Shown here: positions 1 to 9,922 of the stretch, piece by piece | Layout of the letters: each line of letters begins with the position of its first letter | Numbering within the stretch: the stretch's first letter is position 1 | Source of the DNA: a virus | Direction: 5' to 3' (one strand) | DNA length: 64,000 bases | UHGV virus genome: UHGV-0375936 | Notes under the pieces: generated by a model | Database searches by the model: none | What the model was told of the DNA's origin: nothing | What the model saw: the letters and a program-made list of their open reading frames with translations, nothing else | Translations under genes and position numbers: made by a program

Positions 1-446
1 CGGATACGGGACATTGTTTCGTTGGTAAGAATATCGCTCCAACACGTTGTGTCTATTATATCCGTCGTTGAAGATTGTCGCTGCAGTATGGCGACATACA
101 CTTCGTCGAGGGTATCTGGAGCATTATTCTGTAAGTAATGCGCGGCATGTAGAAAGGCTTTCTCAAGAATCAGGTGAATATCCGTATCGGGATCAGTTAC
201 CCGCACTAAATGTGGGTATGTCATAGCCGAATGGATTTTTCGCTCTAACTGTTCAATGAGATTATTCACCATCGCTTCTGAATCCAGGATAGTAATTTCG
301 ACCCCACTGTGTTCTTCAGAAATCTTGTTCTCATGTACTGCTATCGCGTCGTGCAGTTCAAACGCAACGCGGCTACGCATCTCACTTAACAGTTTGTTTA
401 ATTTGCCCCGTGACTCGCTGAGTGAGAAATCGATAAGTATTTTCAT
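1..446 (-). CDS. hypothetical protein, partial (C-terminus beyond window start)
   Basis: Minus-strand frame open from ATG at 444-446 to the window edge; absent from ORF track because incomplete. Confidence 0.4.
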   Translation of the reverse strand, partial: MKILIDFSLSESRGKLNKLLSEMRSRVAFELHDAIAVHENKISEEHSGVEITILDSEAMVNNLIEQLERKIHSAMTYPHLVRVTDPDTDIHLILEKAFLHAAHYLQNNAPDTLDEVYVAILQRQSSTTDIIDTTCWSDILTNETMSRI

Positions 447-447
447 G

Positions 448-1185
448 TTAATAGCCCTGATAAATGATGTCGTCACGGTCTTTACGTAACTGGCAGTATG
501 TTACGTCAGCACCGTTAGGGATTTGTACGCCAGCGTCTTCAAGATAAATAACACCAGTCTGATTACAGAAATAAAAAGACCACAAGTACGGATTGCCTTG
601 ACAACTGTTTTCACGATGATCGAAGGGCCAATAGCCTCGATACAATTCGTCGTAATCACCGCGCTCGATACCAAAAGCAATCATTTCTTTTTCCCACAAT
701 CTGCTTTCGGCGTCGTAAATCGAAAACCAGAAACCGACGAGGTTCTTTGTCCGTTTAACGTTCATTAAGTCGTTATAAATGGGGAAGAGTGCTTTATTGA
801 AACTTTCTAACATCCCTGGAGAGAGTAGAAAGTTCACGTAATATTCTAGCCATTGATAAACGGCTTCCCAGACATCCTCAGAAGAGAAATGCTCGAATAC
901 GGCGTCATCACAATCGTAGTTATCGAAGACCCCTGAGAGATCTATTATGACGTCGCGAAGGTCAAAGTTTCGGTTGGTATTGACACCCTCAATAACTTCA
1001 GCGATGAGACGAGTAAAGACGTTTGTGCAGGCAGTCTGTGCGGTATAAAAGAATTCTCCTTGTACGGTTGACCACTTTGGGTCCTTCAAATGTTCATTGA
1101 AGTATTGTGGCCAAATTTTATAAAAGATTCCCTCGAACAACGAGGGATTGATACGTTGTAATTGAGGGACATAAACTTTTAGCAT
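448..1185 (-). CDS. hypothetical protein
   Basis: 245-aa ORF, GGAG RBS upstream of ATG, same strand as neighbours. Confidence 0.6.
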   Translation of the reverse strand: MLKVYVPQLQRINPSLFEGIFYKIWPQYFNEHLKDPKWSTVQGEFFYTAQTACTNVFTRLIAEVIEGVNTNRNFDLRDVIIDLSGVFDNYDCDDAVFEHFSSEDVWEAVYQWLEYYVNFLLSPGMLESFNKALFPIYNDLMNVKRTKNLVGFWFSIYDAESRLWEKEMIAFGIERGDYDELYRGYWPFDHRENSCQGNPYLWSFYFCNQTGVIYLEDAGVQIPNGADVTYCQLRKDRDDIIYQGY

Positions 1186-1221
1186 TTTAATAACTCCAAT
1201 GGTGTTACACCTGGATAATAT

Positions 1222-1890
1222 CTATCTAAGAATATTTTTAGCGAAAAAAGGATCGACTATAAACTCCTTCACCTGTGAGTCATAACCCGAATGTATTTGA
1301 TCGCTACTGAGCAAATACCCGTCTAAATCGTGTGGAAGAATCCAAGAATCCCCCTGTTTAAAAATACCATAATCTGTTGTTCCAGAGGAAAAAACGATTT
1401 CCTCTGGAGAGGGATAGATGTGGCGTAAGGCAAGATCAGACGGCTTTAGCACGATTAATCGAACGGGATGTTGACTGACTGCCTCTTTAATAAACTGTTC
1501 ACGATTAAACCAAATTATTTTTTCGGGGTAAGTTTCGAATTCAGCCCATGTCCGCGTGATAACTAATTTGGAAATCTTTCTCAATTCTTCAGAATGCTCT
1601 GCGTAGCCGATACACTCCTTGCGTACTTCATGATTTTCTACCGATGCTGTGAATTTTTGGAATAGGTGTTGTTGGAAAAAGCCGTTCTCCGGGATATCAC
1701 AACCCGCGTTGTATAGTGCAACGATCTCCCACAACAACGAAAGAGAAAACACAAATGCTAACTTTTCCACAACTTCCCAATCTTCGGAGTAAGGGGCTTT
1801 AAAGCCCCAATACTGCCGTGCGTTATACATAAAGTGAGTTTGTAAAAACCGAGGGGCTTTTGACAAGACCTCACTATAAACGATCAGCAT
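1222..1890 (-). CDS. hypothetical protein
   Basis: 222-aa ORF, 7-nt overlap with upstream gene (translational coupling). Confidence 0.6.
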   Translation of the reverse strand: MLIVYSEVLSKAPRFLQTHFMYNARQYWGFKAPYSEDWEVVEKLAFVFSLSLLWEIVALYNAGCDIPENGFFQQHLFQKFTASVENHEVRKECIGYAEHSEELRKISKLVITRTWAEFETYPEKIIWFNREQFIKEAVSQHPVRLIVLKPSDLALRHIYPSPEEIVFSSGTTDYGIFKQGDSWILPHDLDGYLLSSDQIHSGYDSQVKEFIVDPFFAKNILR

Positions 1891-3404
1891 TCAAGCTCCT
1901 TATCCGTCAATATTCGTTTGTTTGAATAATAGCCGCACCACAACCCATGATATTTTTCCCCGATATAAACCAACGCGTACTCGATATACTGCCGTTCTGG
2001 ACGCCGTACCGCCACGTAGAATCGTCCTTCTGGTTCTTTCATACGGTTGATTTCCGTACGCGTCGGTATGTCGATACCTCGAGTAAGGATGGTTTTAACC
2101 TTGTTTTTGCTACCTGGGATATGGATGGTTACGTCAAAACCTTTATCTACGTTACGATAAAAGTCTTTCTTCGGCTTACCTTTCTCATCGTAAAGCAGGT
2201 CAGTAATGTCGTTCATTACGACTGAGTTTTTCCCCTCCATGGCATCGCGTAACCAACCTGCAAGCTCATCACGAATCGTAATGCAGCGATAAGACAATAA
2301 CGCGGGACGAAGAATTCGTGTAATCGAAAGATCTTCAAACATCCACAGGTTTTTGTCTTCGCTAAAATGCATCCGTTCGATAGGAATACCGTTAGCTGCG
2401 GCTTCTGCGAACTTCTTACGTTTTACGAATAAGTTAAATACAACGGCGATGGGATCAAATTGACGTAAACGGGGCACCCCTTCCCACGCTTTCGCAGAGT
2501 GGGTATTTACCAACTCGTATACGTTATCCCACGGTTCTTTGGTAAACATTACGCAGAATTGTGCGTCTGGAATGTACTTACCAACGAAGACGATATCGTC
2601 CTTCTGTTTTGCATGGTTCCCACCGAACATGTAATAAAGTTTATTACCGTTAACCGTAACCGTGGGATGCGGTTCGTTCACCATCGGGTAACAGAACTTC
2701 GTAACACAGATATCAGGAAAGGCAGACAAATTGACACCCTCGCCAACAACTTCTGGTTGCTGTTCTTCCTCAGGCATCTCGTCTTTTGACCAATACGGTG
2801 TATAGTCTAACCCATCACCTCGAGCCGAAATACTTGAACCTTTCCGTGCTAACTCGTCGGCACGTTCGTTTCCATAACGTCCTGAATGCCCTTTAATTTT
2901 AAGGACACGAACACCTTTCCCTTCTTTCTTTAACCGCTGTTTAACCTCCCACATCCGTTGGATTAATTCCAAGTTCGCAATAGGTGTACCGTCTGCACGA
3001 CGCCAACCGCGTGCAGCCCAACCATCAATCCAATCGTTATACGTGTTGACAACGTAAGAGGCATCGATATAGATAACATAGTTTTTGGCAACGAAAGGTG
3101 CGTGTTCGAAGACGGTCAGGAAAGCCACGAGTTCTGCAACGTCAGAGTGTGACATTTTTGGTACAGGCACAACGCCGTCAATAAACTCCACAGTTTCTGG
3201 TAAAGGTGGAAGTTTTTCATCCTTGTTTATCTGGCGGTATCCTGACGACGTAATCCCCTCTGGAATAGAGGGATGGCGGTAAACCCGACCATCCTCAATC
3301 GCTTCACGATTAAATAAGTATCCATGAATCCCCGCTCCTGTACCGAGCGGGGAGGTCAAATGGCTACCATCCGTGTAAATTACTGCAACATCAACGTTCT
3401 TCAT
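1884..3404 (-). CDS. RNase H-domain protein with about 300-aa C-terminal extension
   Basis: N-terminus VAVIYTDGS ... KIKGHSGRYGNERADELARKG resembles RNase HI active-site and C-terminal motifs; remainder unassigned. Confidence 0.65.
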   Translation of the reverse strand: MKNVDVAVIYTDGSHLTSPLGTGAGIHGYLFNREAIEDGRVYRHPSIPEGITSSGYRQINKDEKLPPLPETVEFIDGVVPVPKMSHSDVAELVAFLTVFEHAPFVAKNYVIYIDASYVVNTYNDWIDGWAARGWRRADGTPIANLELIQRMWEVKQRLKKEGKGVRVLKIKGHSGRYGNERADELARKGSSISARGDGLDYTPYWSKDEMPEEEQQPEVVGEGVNLSAFPDICVTKFCYPMVNEPHPTVTVNGNKLYYMFGGNHAKQKDDIVFVGKYIPDAQFCVMFTKEPWDNVYELVNTHSAKAWEGVPRLRQFDPIAVVFNLFVKRKKFAEAAANGIPIERMHFSEDKNLWMFEDLSITRILRPALLSYRCITIRDELAGWLRDAMEGKNSVVMNDITDLLYDEKGKPKKDFYRNVDKGFDVTIHIPGSKNKVKTILTRGIDIPTRTEINRMKEPEGRFYVAVRRPERQYIEYALVYIGEKYHGLWCGYYSNKRILTDKELEC

Positions 3405-3406
3405 TC

Positions 3407-4141
3407 TTAATCCCTGGTTAATTGATCACGAATCTGTGGCGCAACATACTCGCCTGTTTTCAGTTCTTCGTGACAGGCTTTGGCGCGTTCAAACCCGTAT
3501 TGGCGTGTGACCAAAGCGAGGTGGTAAATACGTGCCGTGGTGTAGGCTTCTTTTGCTGCATCCCACATTGCGTGGTGCTCAAAAGCGGGCTTACCGCGTG
3601 TCCAGTAAATTTGCTCTACGGTTAAGTCAGGCTCGAAACCAAATGCAAAGGCTAAACGTTCTGCAGTACGATCGCTATCCAGTGCACTAAATTTACGGAA
3701 CTTCCCTGGCGGAATATCACATTGTGCGAACGCGTTCATGAAAATCGGTGCATCAAAGTCAGGACCACGCATGGTAATAACAAATTCATGTTTTGCGGTA
3801 ATCTCCCCGAGCCATTTTTGCATCGCCCACAGTGCGTCCGGCAATGCTGTCGTCCCACCCCATGCTTCCGCATAGGCTTCACGAGACGGTGCGTATTCGG
3901 GTTCGCCTTTACCTTCCCACCAACCAACAGTTTGTGGGTCTTCGTGGAAAATGGCTTTTGCTTTAGGATCGTTAGGATCAATACGGATGTATGAGGAACC
4001 GACCATTTTCAATGTAGGGACGTCAAAGGCCACTAAACCTGCACTTAACAGATAAGCATCGGGACGTAATGATTTGGTTTCAGCATCAGCGCCAATAACC
4101 AGCGTCGGTGTGTACGGGGTGACAATTTTTGGGTAGGTCAT
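3407..4141 (-). CDS. putative DEDDh-type 3'-5' exonuclease
   Basis: Candidate Exo I (GADAET), Exo II (GPDFDAPIF) and Exo III (HHAMWDAAKEAY) motifs; AGGAGAA RBS. Confidence 0.5.
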   Translation of the reverse strand: MTYPKIVTPYTPTLVIGADAETKSLRPDAYLLSAGLVAFDVPTLKMVGSSYIRIDPNDPKAKAIFHEDPQTVGWWEGKGEPEYAPSREAYAEAWGGTTALPDALWAMQKWLGEITAKHEFVITMRGPDFDAPIFMNAFAQCDIPPGKFRKFSALDSDRTAERLAFAFGFEPDLTVEQIYWTRGKPAFEHHAMWDAAKEAYTTARIYHLALVTRQYGFERAKACHEELKTGEYVAPQIRDQLTRD

Positions 4142-4232
4142 GTTGAATTCTCCTGTTAGTCTACATTAAAATAGTCGTAAACGTTAAAAAGAAAGACCCT
4201 CCTGTACCACGAAAGGGTACAGGAGGGGGGTG

Positions 4233-4691
4233 TCAGTACAAACACGATGTCAAGTATTGGTTATACGAATCGAGCAGTGTCTGACGGTCGGAACGGTAAT
4301 TCCACAACAAATTATTGAGTTTACGCGATAAGTCACGGCTAATCTCCTGGGGCGTTAAAGAGCTTTCATCAAGAGATAAGCGTTCAGGTACAACATGTAA
4401 CTTCGGTAACTCATAACGTTCACAAAGTGGAGCCAGCATTGGTGGGCTCCAGCCACGTTTAACGGCTTGTTGGTTTAAATTTCGGGTGTAGACATAAACG
4501 TAGTAAGCATAGGTGTTGACATCCGCAACATACTCACGCATTGCATTATTGTCAATTTTCCAATTCACCATTATTGGCGGTGTAGGAGGAAGTTCCAGTG
4601 GCCTATAAGCTGGACGTTTAACTTCGTCGCCGTAGCTATTACTCACCAACCCCACGAACACCATCATGATGAATAACAGCATTTTCATCAA
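4233..4691 (-). CDS. secreted Pro-rich protein
   Basis: N-terminal signal-peptide-like hydrophobic stretch MMKMLLFIMMVFVGLVSNSYG, Pro-rich region after it. Confidence 0.5.
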   Translation of the reverse strand: MMKMLLFIMMVFVGLVSNSYGDEVKRPAYRPLELPPTPPIMVNWKIDNNAMREYVADVNTYAYYVYVYTRNLNQQAVKRGWSPPMLAPLCERYELPKLHVVPERLSLDESSLTPQEISRDLSRKLNNLLWNYRSDRQTLLDSYNQYLTSCLY

Positions 4692-5195
4692 TCACTCCTT
4701 AGAAGACGTTAGCGTCTTTATGATCTCCTGTCGAAAACTGTTCGCATTTAAATTGCCAACAGGTCTCGCCGAAGCCTCTTTACGTTGTTCTGGTGTTGAA
4801 GCTGGATTAACAGGAGTTTCTGGTTTTGTCGAAGACAGATCCTTCGCCGTACCGCTCGCTTTCGATGAATTAAACGTGCTTTCATATGGCGGTTTCTGGC
4901 CGAGGCAAACGAAGAGCCTGTCGTATAACTTCCCATTATCTTCTTTTAGTTTATCTCGATCTTGTTTCATCTCTTGGTAAGACTGCGACATATACGTGTC
5001 ATGAGACTGCACTGCAACGAGCGCGTGAAACTGTTGTACATAGGCGTAGGAGACGAAGCCAGAATACGACAACAAGATCGTGATGATTAAAGTCATTATC
5101 TTGCTTGCTCTTGATACGTTTTCTCCTTCTCCTGGTTTAAATGCTTCCATTAACATCTGAAGGAAGAACGGAAGCACTTTAAAAAATGAACCCAT
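4692..5195 (-). CDS. membrane-anchored coiled-coil protein
   Basis: Internal hydrophobic helix IMTLIITILLSYSGFVSYAYV followed by charged helical region; abuts 4233..4691. Confidence 0.5.
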   Translation of the reverse strand: MGSFFKVLPFFLQMLMEAFKPGEGENVSRASKIMTLIITILLSYSGFVSYAYVQQFHALVAVQSHDTYMSQSYQEMKQDRDKLKEDNGKLYDRLFVCLGQKPPYESTFNSSKASGTAKDLSSTKPETPVNPASTPEQRKEASARPVGNLNANSFRQEIIKTLTSSKE

Positions 5196-5220
5196 TGCTC
5201 ACCTCGGAGTATTTTTAATT

Positions 5221-6594
5221 ATGTTAGACTTACAAGGTTTTATTCAGATACCGGCACTGTTTGACAATCAGGACGGCGTCACCGCTCCGGTGGGCGAGCT
5301 GTCGGATTTGACACTCTCGTACGCGAAGAGTAAACAGACGTTTACTAAAACCAATTTGCAAGTTCAATTGGTGACTTTTACGTCTAAACGAGAAAAACAG
5401 ACGGTTGTTGTACCAGCCGAATTTTCTGATCATATTCTAACCGTTTCTCAATGGATTTACCAGCAAGCCATCTTGGGGAATCTGAGAAATGACGAACTTG
5501 AATTCCAGCGCCTGTTACTAGGACAATTCCAATCAACCATTTCTGGCGTTCAGTCCGGTGCGATGATCCAGACGAACAGTAACTGGTTCCCACGCTGGGT
5601 GAGCTGGAAATATGAAGCAACAGCAGATCAAGTACAAGATGACACCGATGTAGATAATCAGATCATTGTTTGGTTCTCGGATGAAGACTTCGATCAAGAT
5701 TACACAGGGTTCGAAATCGAAGTGCAGATGCCGATTTCACCAATCGACACATTTTTGTCGACCAAGTCAGTCGTTGAAAAGGCGATGGAAGGGTTTAACC
5801 TTACCGAACACCATAAGAAAATCAATGAGTTAATGGCAGGGTTTCCTTACACCGCTATCCAAACCAACTACTATACTTGGCACGATAAAGAAAACTACGA
5901 GTCCACCCTAGTTGTCCCAATGTCGGTTATTATTTACGGCCGCGCGGGAAAAAACCCAACGAAAATAAAGCAAGCGTTGCGAGAACATATTCTCGCCAAT
6001 TCTAGCTTTACTGTCCCCGTCGGGGTAAAGGTATTTCCTGAAATTTTCACTACCACGAAATTTACAATTGTTCCTGGATGGAAAATTCGTGGAATACCTA
6101 ATGAGGAAGACGTAGCGGCGCTTTATTCCCCTATCCTTCCATATGATTTCTGGGTCAAAGCTATCAGTCGGTTTGGAGAATGGGCAGACCTGACGGTAGC
6201 AGAAAGAAATACTAAAACGATCAGTAAGCCTACGACAGATGTAACTGACTTACCAACCGTTTATAAATCATTAAACTGTGTTGTAATCAGTGGGCCAGAA
6301 AATGATACGCGGAAAGCGACCTTACACGAAACTATCCCGGATTATGCGTTAATTGCGACGACTAACCCTGATATTGCGCGTATGTCGAAAACAACGACCG
6401 AATGGTTGGCGTTATTTTTCCAGGCACTTATTGCTGCGGAAGAATACCACCCGTATCAAACCAGCTTGGATATTGTAAAACTGGTCGATGAGGCTGACCC
6501 TGATAACTACTTCTGGGTGTTTGAATACGACAACGTAGAATATCGTATCCTGTCTCGGAAAGCGAAATGGTACACCGAGTTAGACAAGGAGTAA
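5221..6594 (+). CDS. hypothetical protein
   Basis: 457-aa ORF on plus strand inside a minus-strand block. Confidence 0.6.
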   Translation: MLDLQGFIQIPALFDNQDGVTAPVGELSDLTLSYAKSKQTFTKTNLQVQLVTFTSKREKQTVVVPAEFSDHILTVSQWIYQQAILGNLRNDELEFQRLLLGQFQSTISGVQSGAMIQTNSNWFPRWVSWKYEATADQVQDDTDVDNQIIVWFSDEDFDQDYTGFEIEVQMPISPIDTFLSTKSVVEKAMEGFNLTEHHKKINELMAGFPYTAIQTNYYTWHDKENYESTLVVPMSVIIYGRAGKNPTKIKQALREHILANSSFTVPVGVKVFPEIFTTTKFTIVPGWKIRGIPNEEDVAALYSPILPYDFWVKAISRFGEWADLTVAERNTKTISKPTTDVTDLPTVYKSLNCVVISGPENDTRKATLHETIPDYALIATTNPDIARMSKTTTEWLALFFQALIAAEEYHPYQTSLDIVKLVDEADPDNYFWVFEYDNVEYRILSRKAKWYTELDKE

Positions 6595-6597
6595 TGA

Positions 6598-7221
6598 ATG
6601 GCTACGCGTTTACCACTCCAGGTACCAGTCAACACCACGGGACTGTTCAAAGTAAAAACACCATTTACTTTGGCCGAGACGGTCATTTATACGGTAGAAG
6701 CGTCACGTACCTTCCCAGATTTAGTACGTCAGAATATTGACGTTTATAACTCGTATTACCAGCCAGTAGGGCTAGGACGTGAAGAATATTTAGCAGATGC
6801 GAATGTTAGTGCGTCGATTTTAACATTTAAATCTCGGGACGGTCAAGTTGTATACATACCTGACACCTACCTGGAATCATACCCAGGTTTATCCGGGATC
6901 ACGTATCAACGAAATGTGTTAGTAGTAGATTTGGCACTGGTACCGGATTACGTGAAAGTGTCGTCTATAACAAAAGACGTTTCAGATATTCTCACGCATA
7001 CACTAGGGATTGAGCCGAAAGTTGAAATTACAACGCTCGAGTATGAGGGGAAGGTAACGGAGGAACAGCACTTGCAGATGGAAGCGGCACGAAAAAATAA
7101 AATTCGTGAATCTATTCCATTAGGTGAGAAAGTTGCTGCGTTGACAGAAGAGAACAAAAAATTAAAAGAGTTAAACAACCAAATGTTAGAGATTCTTAAA
7201 GCTAACGGGTTAGTTAACTAA
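6598..7221 (+). CDS. hypothetical protein with C-terminal coiled coil
   Basis: 207-aa ORF 3 nt after previous stop; C-terminus KVAALTEENKKLKELNNQMLEILKANG. Confidence 0.6.
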   Translation: MATRLPLQVPVNTTGLFKVKTPFTLAETVIYTVEASRTFPDLVRQNIDVYNSYYQPVGLGREEYLADANVSASILTFKSRDGQVVYIPDTYLESYPGLSGITYQRNVLVVDLALVPDYVKVSSITKDVSDILTHTLGIEPKVEITTLEYEGKVTEEQHLQMEAARKNKIRESIPLGEKVAALTEENKKLKELNNQMLEILKANGLVN

Positions 7222-7228
7222 AAAGATT

Positions 7229-7262
7229 ACCCTACTCCTTCGGGAGTAGGGTAGCTTTTATT
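7229..7262. terminator. bidirectional Rho-independent terminator
   Basis: Perfect hairpin ACCCTACTCC-TTCG-GGAGTAGGGT between convergent genes, T-run after it. Confidence 0.6.
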
Positions 7263-7814
7263 TTAAATGTCGACTTCTAGTTTACGGTAATCGATGACGC
7301 CTTGAGCAATCATAGCAGCAACATCGTTCCAGGTACGAAAAATGAAGTAAACTGTGTCTCCGTTTAAAAAGATGTTAGATTCTTTATCCGGGAAATCATC
7401 TTCACTGAGGTAGTAGTAAGGTTTGTCGAAAGGGAAGTCGCGCTCATCAGAGGAACCAAGTACCGCATAACGATTGCCACAATCAAACAGAATCTTCCAA
7501 CCAGACAATTCACTATTAGCGTCAATACGATCGTCGATTTCAACGGTAATAGGAGAATGATCAAGAAAGCTGATTGTAACCTCTCCGTTATGCTGTCGTT
7601 TAAATCGACGAATATCTGTAGGCACAATTTCAGATGCTGCTATAAGGGAATAAAGTTGTGTTACGGTGATCTTTTTGTAAACACTATCGCCATCCCACAA
7701 ACGATCAAATAAGAAATTAGCCAGGAAATTTATATCCTTTAAACGTGAACGGAAAACAGAACCACGACGAATACCGTAAGCCAGATGAGTTAAATATTCA
7801 GACGATGGAAACAT
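7263..7814 (-). CDS. hypothetical protein
   Basis: 183-aa ORF; conserved RBS context (AGGAGTATTAAAATG). Confidence 0.6.
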   Translation of the reverse strand: MFPSSEYLTHLAYGIRRGSVFRSRLKDINFLANFLFDRLWDGDSVYKKITVTQLYSLIAASEIVPTDIRRFKRQHNGEVTISFLDHSPITVEIDDRIDANSELSGWKILFDCGNRYAVLGSSDERDFPFDKPYYYLSEDDFPDKESNIFLNGDTVYFIFRTWNDVAAMIAQGVIDYRKLEVDI

Positions 7815-7835
7815 TTTAATACTCCTAAGGTGGGA

Positions 7836-7868
7836 AAAAGAATTAACCCTACTCCCGGAGGAGTAGGG
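7836..7868 (-). terminator. Rho-independent terminator
   Basis: Hairpin CCCTACTCC-CGGA-GGAGTAGGG with A-run on plus strand (U-run on minus transcript). Confidence 0.55.
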
Positions 7869-7876
7869 GATTTAAA

Positions 7877-8812
7877 TTACTTTTTGGTTTGACCCAGGTT
7901 TTCAAGAACCAGCTCACGAATATACTTCTGAGTTCGTTTCTTCGGCGGTAGAGCCATAAGAGTGTCAACGATTCCCTGGCCGCCGATAACCTTGCTGACG
8001 AGTTGTTGAACTTGGAAGAGTTCTGCTTCTTCGTCACTGATCTCATTAGCTTGGTCTTTCTGACACAACGCTTCTACCAGGTCAGCTACGGATATTTCAT
8101 TTTCGTCACCGGGGAAATCCAGGTTTAACGATTCGAAAACATCACGCTTAACGAGTACAGATTTCAGATCATCGTAGTCTTCACAAACGGCGACTTCTGT
8201 GCCAGGTACCGTTTCTTCTTCGTCATGATCTCCTTCCTCAGGGTTATGGTATTTTACCAACGGTGAGTTGAACAACGGTCCTTTTTTCATCAGCACAAAA
8301 CCTACATGTGACCAACTGCTCAGGATGAAATAGACAGCAGACCCACTTAATCCGATATTACCTTGACGTAGGTCAAACGCAATTTCTTGACGGCGATAAA
8401 TCTGCCCTAAATCAAAGAAAGCTTCGTCACGAGCTGCAACAACATCATACTGATTCGCACCTTGTTCTACCACAACGAACCAATTACCGTGATCCGTTGT
8501 ATGTTGGTAAGGCACGAAAGATGGGTCATCTCTCATGATGGGATTAATGGCGATGGTCGAATACAGCATTCCCATAGAGAAGTTGAACGTATTCCTTTCT
8601 TGAAACGCAGTGAAATTATCAATTGGAAGGATTAAGGAGGTACGTTCGATAGAGAAAACCGTTTCCTGTGTAATCGACGTTGGATTTCTGCCCAGGAAAT
8701 AACCACGTAAAAAGTCGGCGGTCGCACCCACATTGGTTTGCATCGTCTTGCTGCTATGGTAACGACGTAGCGTGTTAGCCAGTTCGTGAATTACTTCAGA
8801 TGGAAAAGTCAT
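7877..8812 (-). CDS. hypothetical protein
   Basis: 311-aa ORF with RBS. Confidence 0.6.
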   Translation of the reverse strand: MTFPSEVIHELANTLRRYHSSKTMQTNVGATADFLRGYFLGRNPTSITQETVFSIERTSLILPIDNFTAFQERNTFNFSMGMLYSTIAINPIMRDDPSFVPYQHTTDHGNWFVVVEQGANQYDVVAARDEAFFDLGQIYRRQEIAFDLRQGNIGLSGSAVYFILSSWSHVGFVLMKKGPLFNSPLVKYHNPEEGDHDEEETVPGTEVAVCEDYDDLKSVLVKRDVFESLNLDFPGDENEISVADLVEALCQKDQANEISDEEAELFQVQQLVSKVIGGQGIVDTLMALPPKKRTQKYIRELVLENLGQTKK

Positions 8813-8866
8813 TTTAATAGTCCTCTTTTAGGTTTGTTCAAATCAACTAAGGGTTATGTAAAAAAG

Positions 8867-9346
8867 TTAAAATAATGGCAAGTTACGCCATTGTCCTACC
8901 GAGTAAAAAGCTTTTGGATGTTTACGGATATACGCTTTCGCTTCTTCTGGCAACCAACGGTCACCCGCCAGTTTTTGTTGTGCAACAATTACCGCCATCA
9001 ACAAATACGGGTTTTTCGCACCGGGGAACTTTGCATTGGTTTCTAGCGCAATATCCAACATTGACGACCAGCCCAGTAATTTATGTTGCGCCGGTAAACG
9101 TTCTTCAATATACATCAGCCATTTCATGATTTGTTTAGGCTTATACGGACAGGTATAATTCGCCCAACACACCATGACGAACTTAATAGCCTTCGCAATC
9201 ACCCATACAGGGACAGTCACGAAAAGGCAGAAAATGGCCAACTGCGAGGCGGGCGCTTCGACAAAAGTAACCGCTACAAGAACCATACACAGTTCAAGTA
9301 CCACAAACCAAAAACGCGTTGGATAACGCCAAATGAATTTTATCAT
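8867..9346 (-). CDS. membrane protein
   Basis: Two long hydrophobic segments in N-terminal half. Confidence 0.5.
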   Translation of the reverse strand: MIKFIWRYPTRFWFVVLELCMVLVAVTFVEAPASQLAIFCLFVTVPVWVIAKAIKFVMVCWANYTCPYKPKQIMKWLMYIEERLPAQHKLLGWSSMLDIALETNAKFPGAKNPYLLMAVIVAQQKLAGDRWLPEEAKAYIRKHPKAFYSVGQWRNLPLF

Positions 9347-9412
9347 AACTCTGTTCCTTTAGGGAATGAAAATAAAAGTACCCCTTACTCCGTATAGGGT
9401 AAGGGGTAGAAG

Positions 9413-9922
9413 TTAGAAGAACGGCTGATTTGGAATGACAGCGTACTCTAAAATGAACATATGTTCCGGGGCGTCTTCTTTACGCCAGACTTTGTGTGTC
9501 GACACAAGTTTTTCCAGAATCGTTAAGAAACTACGTTGGCAGTATGTGTTTTCACCAAGCAGTAGATTTTGAAGTTCTACAGTAGCGTCCATATACGCCT
9601 GTTTAAAGACTAAACTACGGTTATACTGCCCGGTAAAATTCCAAAGCAAGACCTTCCCTTCTTCGGTTTCTTTTACCGTTGGCCGTAAACCACAAATCCA
9701 CAGTAAGGCAAGGTTGACGTTCCAGTCAAACTCTAAACCTTCTTCTTCGTCAACACCGAATGCTGTGGGTAAAGCATCGTAAAATTCGTGTTTCTCTGCG
9801 AATTCTTCATCCGACTTAATCTCGTCTTCGATACTGCTTCGGACAATACTGTAAACGTCTTTCGCGGTCAATTGTGCGGCTTTTGTAATGCCTTTATACC
9901 AATCGGTTACTACGATGCTCAA
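9413..9922 (-). CDS. hypothetical protein
   Basis: 169-aa ORF, 4-nt overlap with upstream gene. Confidence 0.55.
   Translation of the reverse strand: MSIVVTDWYKGITKAAQLTAKDVYSIVRSSIEDEIKSDEEFAEKHEFYDALPTAFGVDEEEGLEFDWNVNLALLWICGLRPTVKETEEGKVLLWNFTGQYNRSLVFKQAYMDATVELQNLLLGENTYCQRSFLTILEKLVSTHKVWRKEDAPEHMFILEYAVIPNQPFF

Noticed and set aside
256-489. 77-aa plus-strand ORF at the left edge
   Set aside because: Antisense to the open minus-strand frame running to the window edge; no RBS
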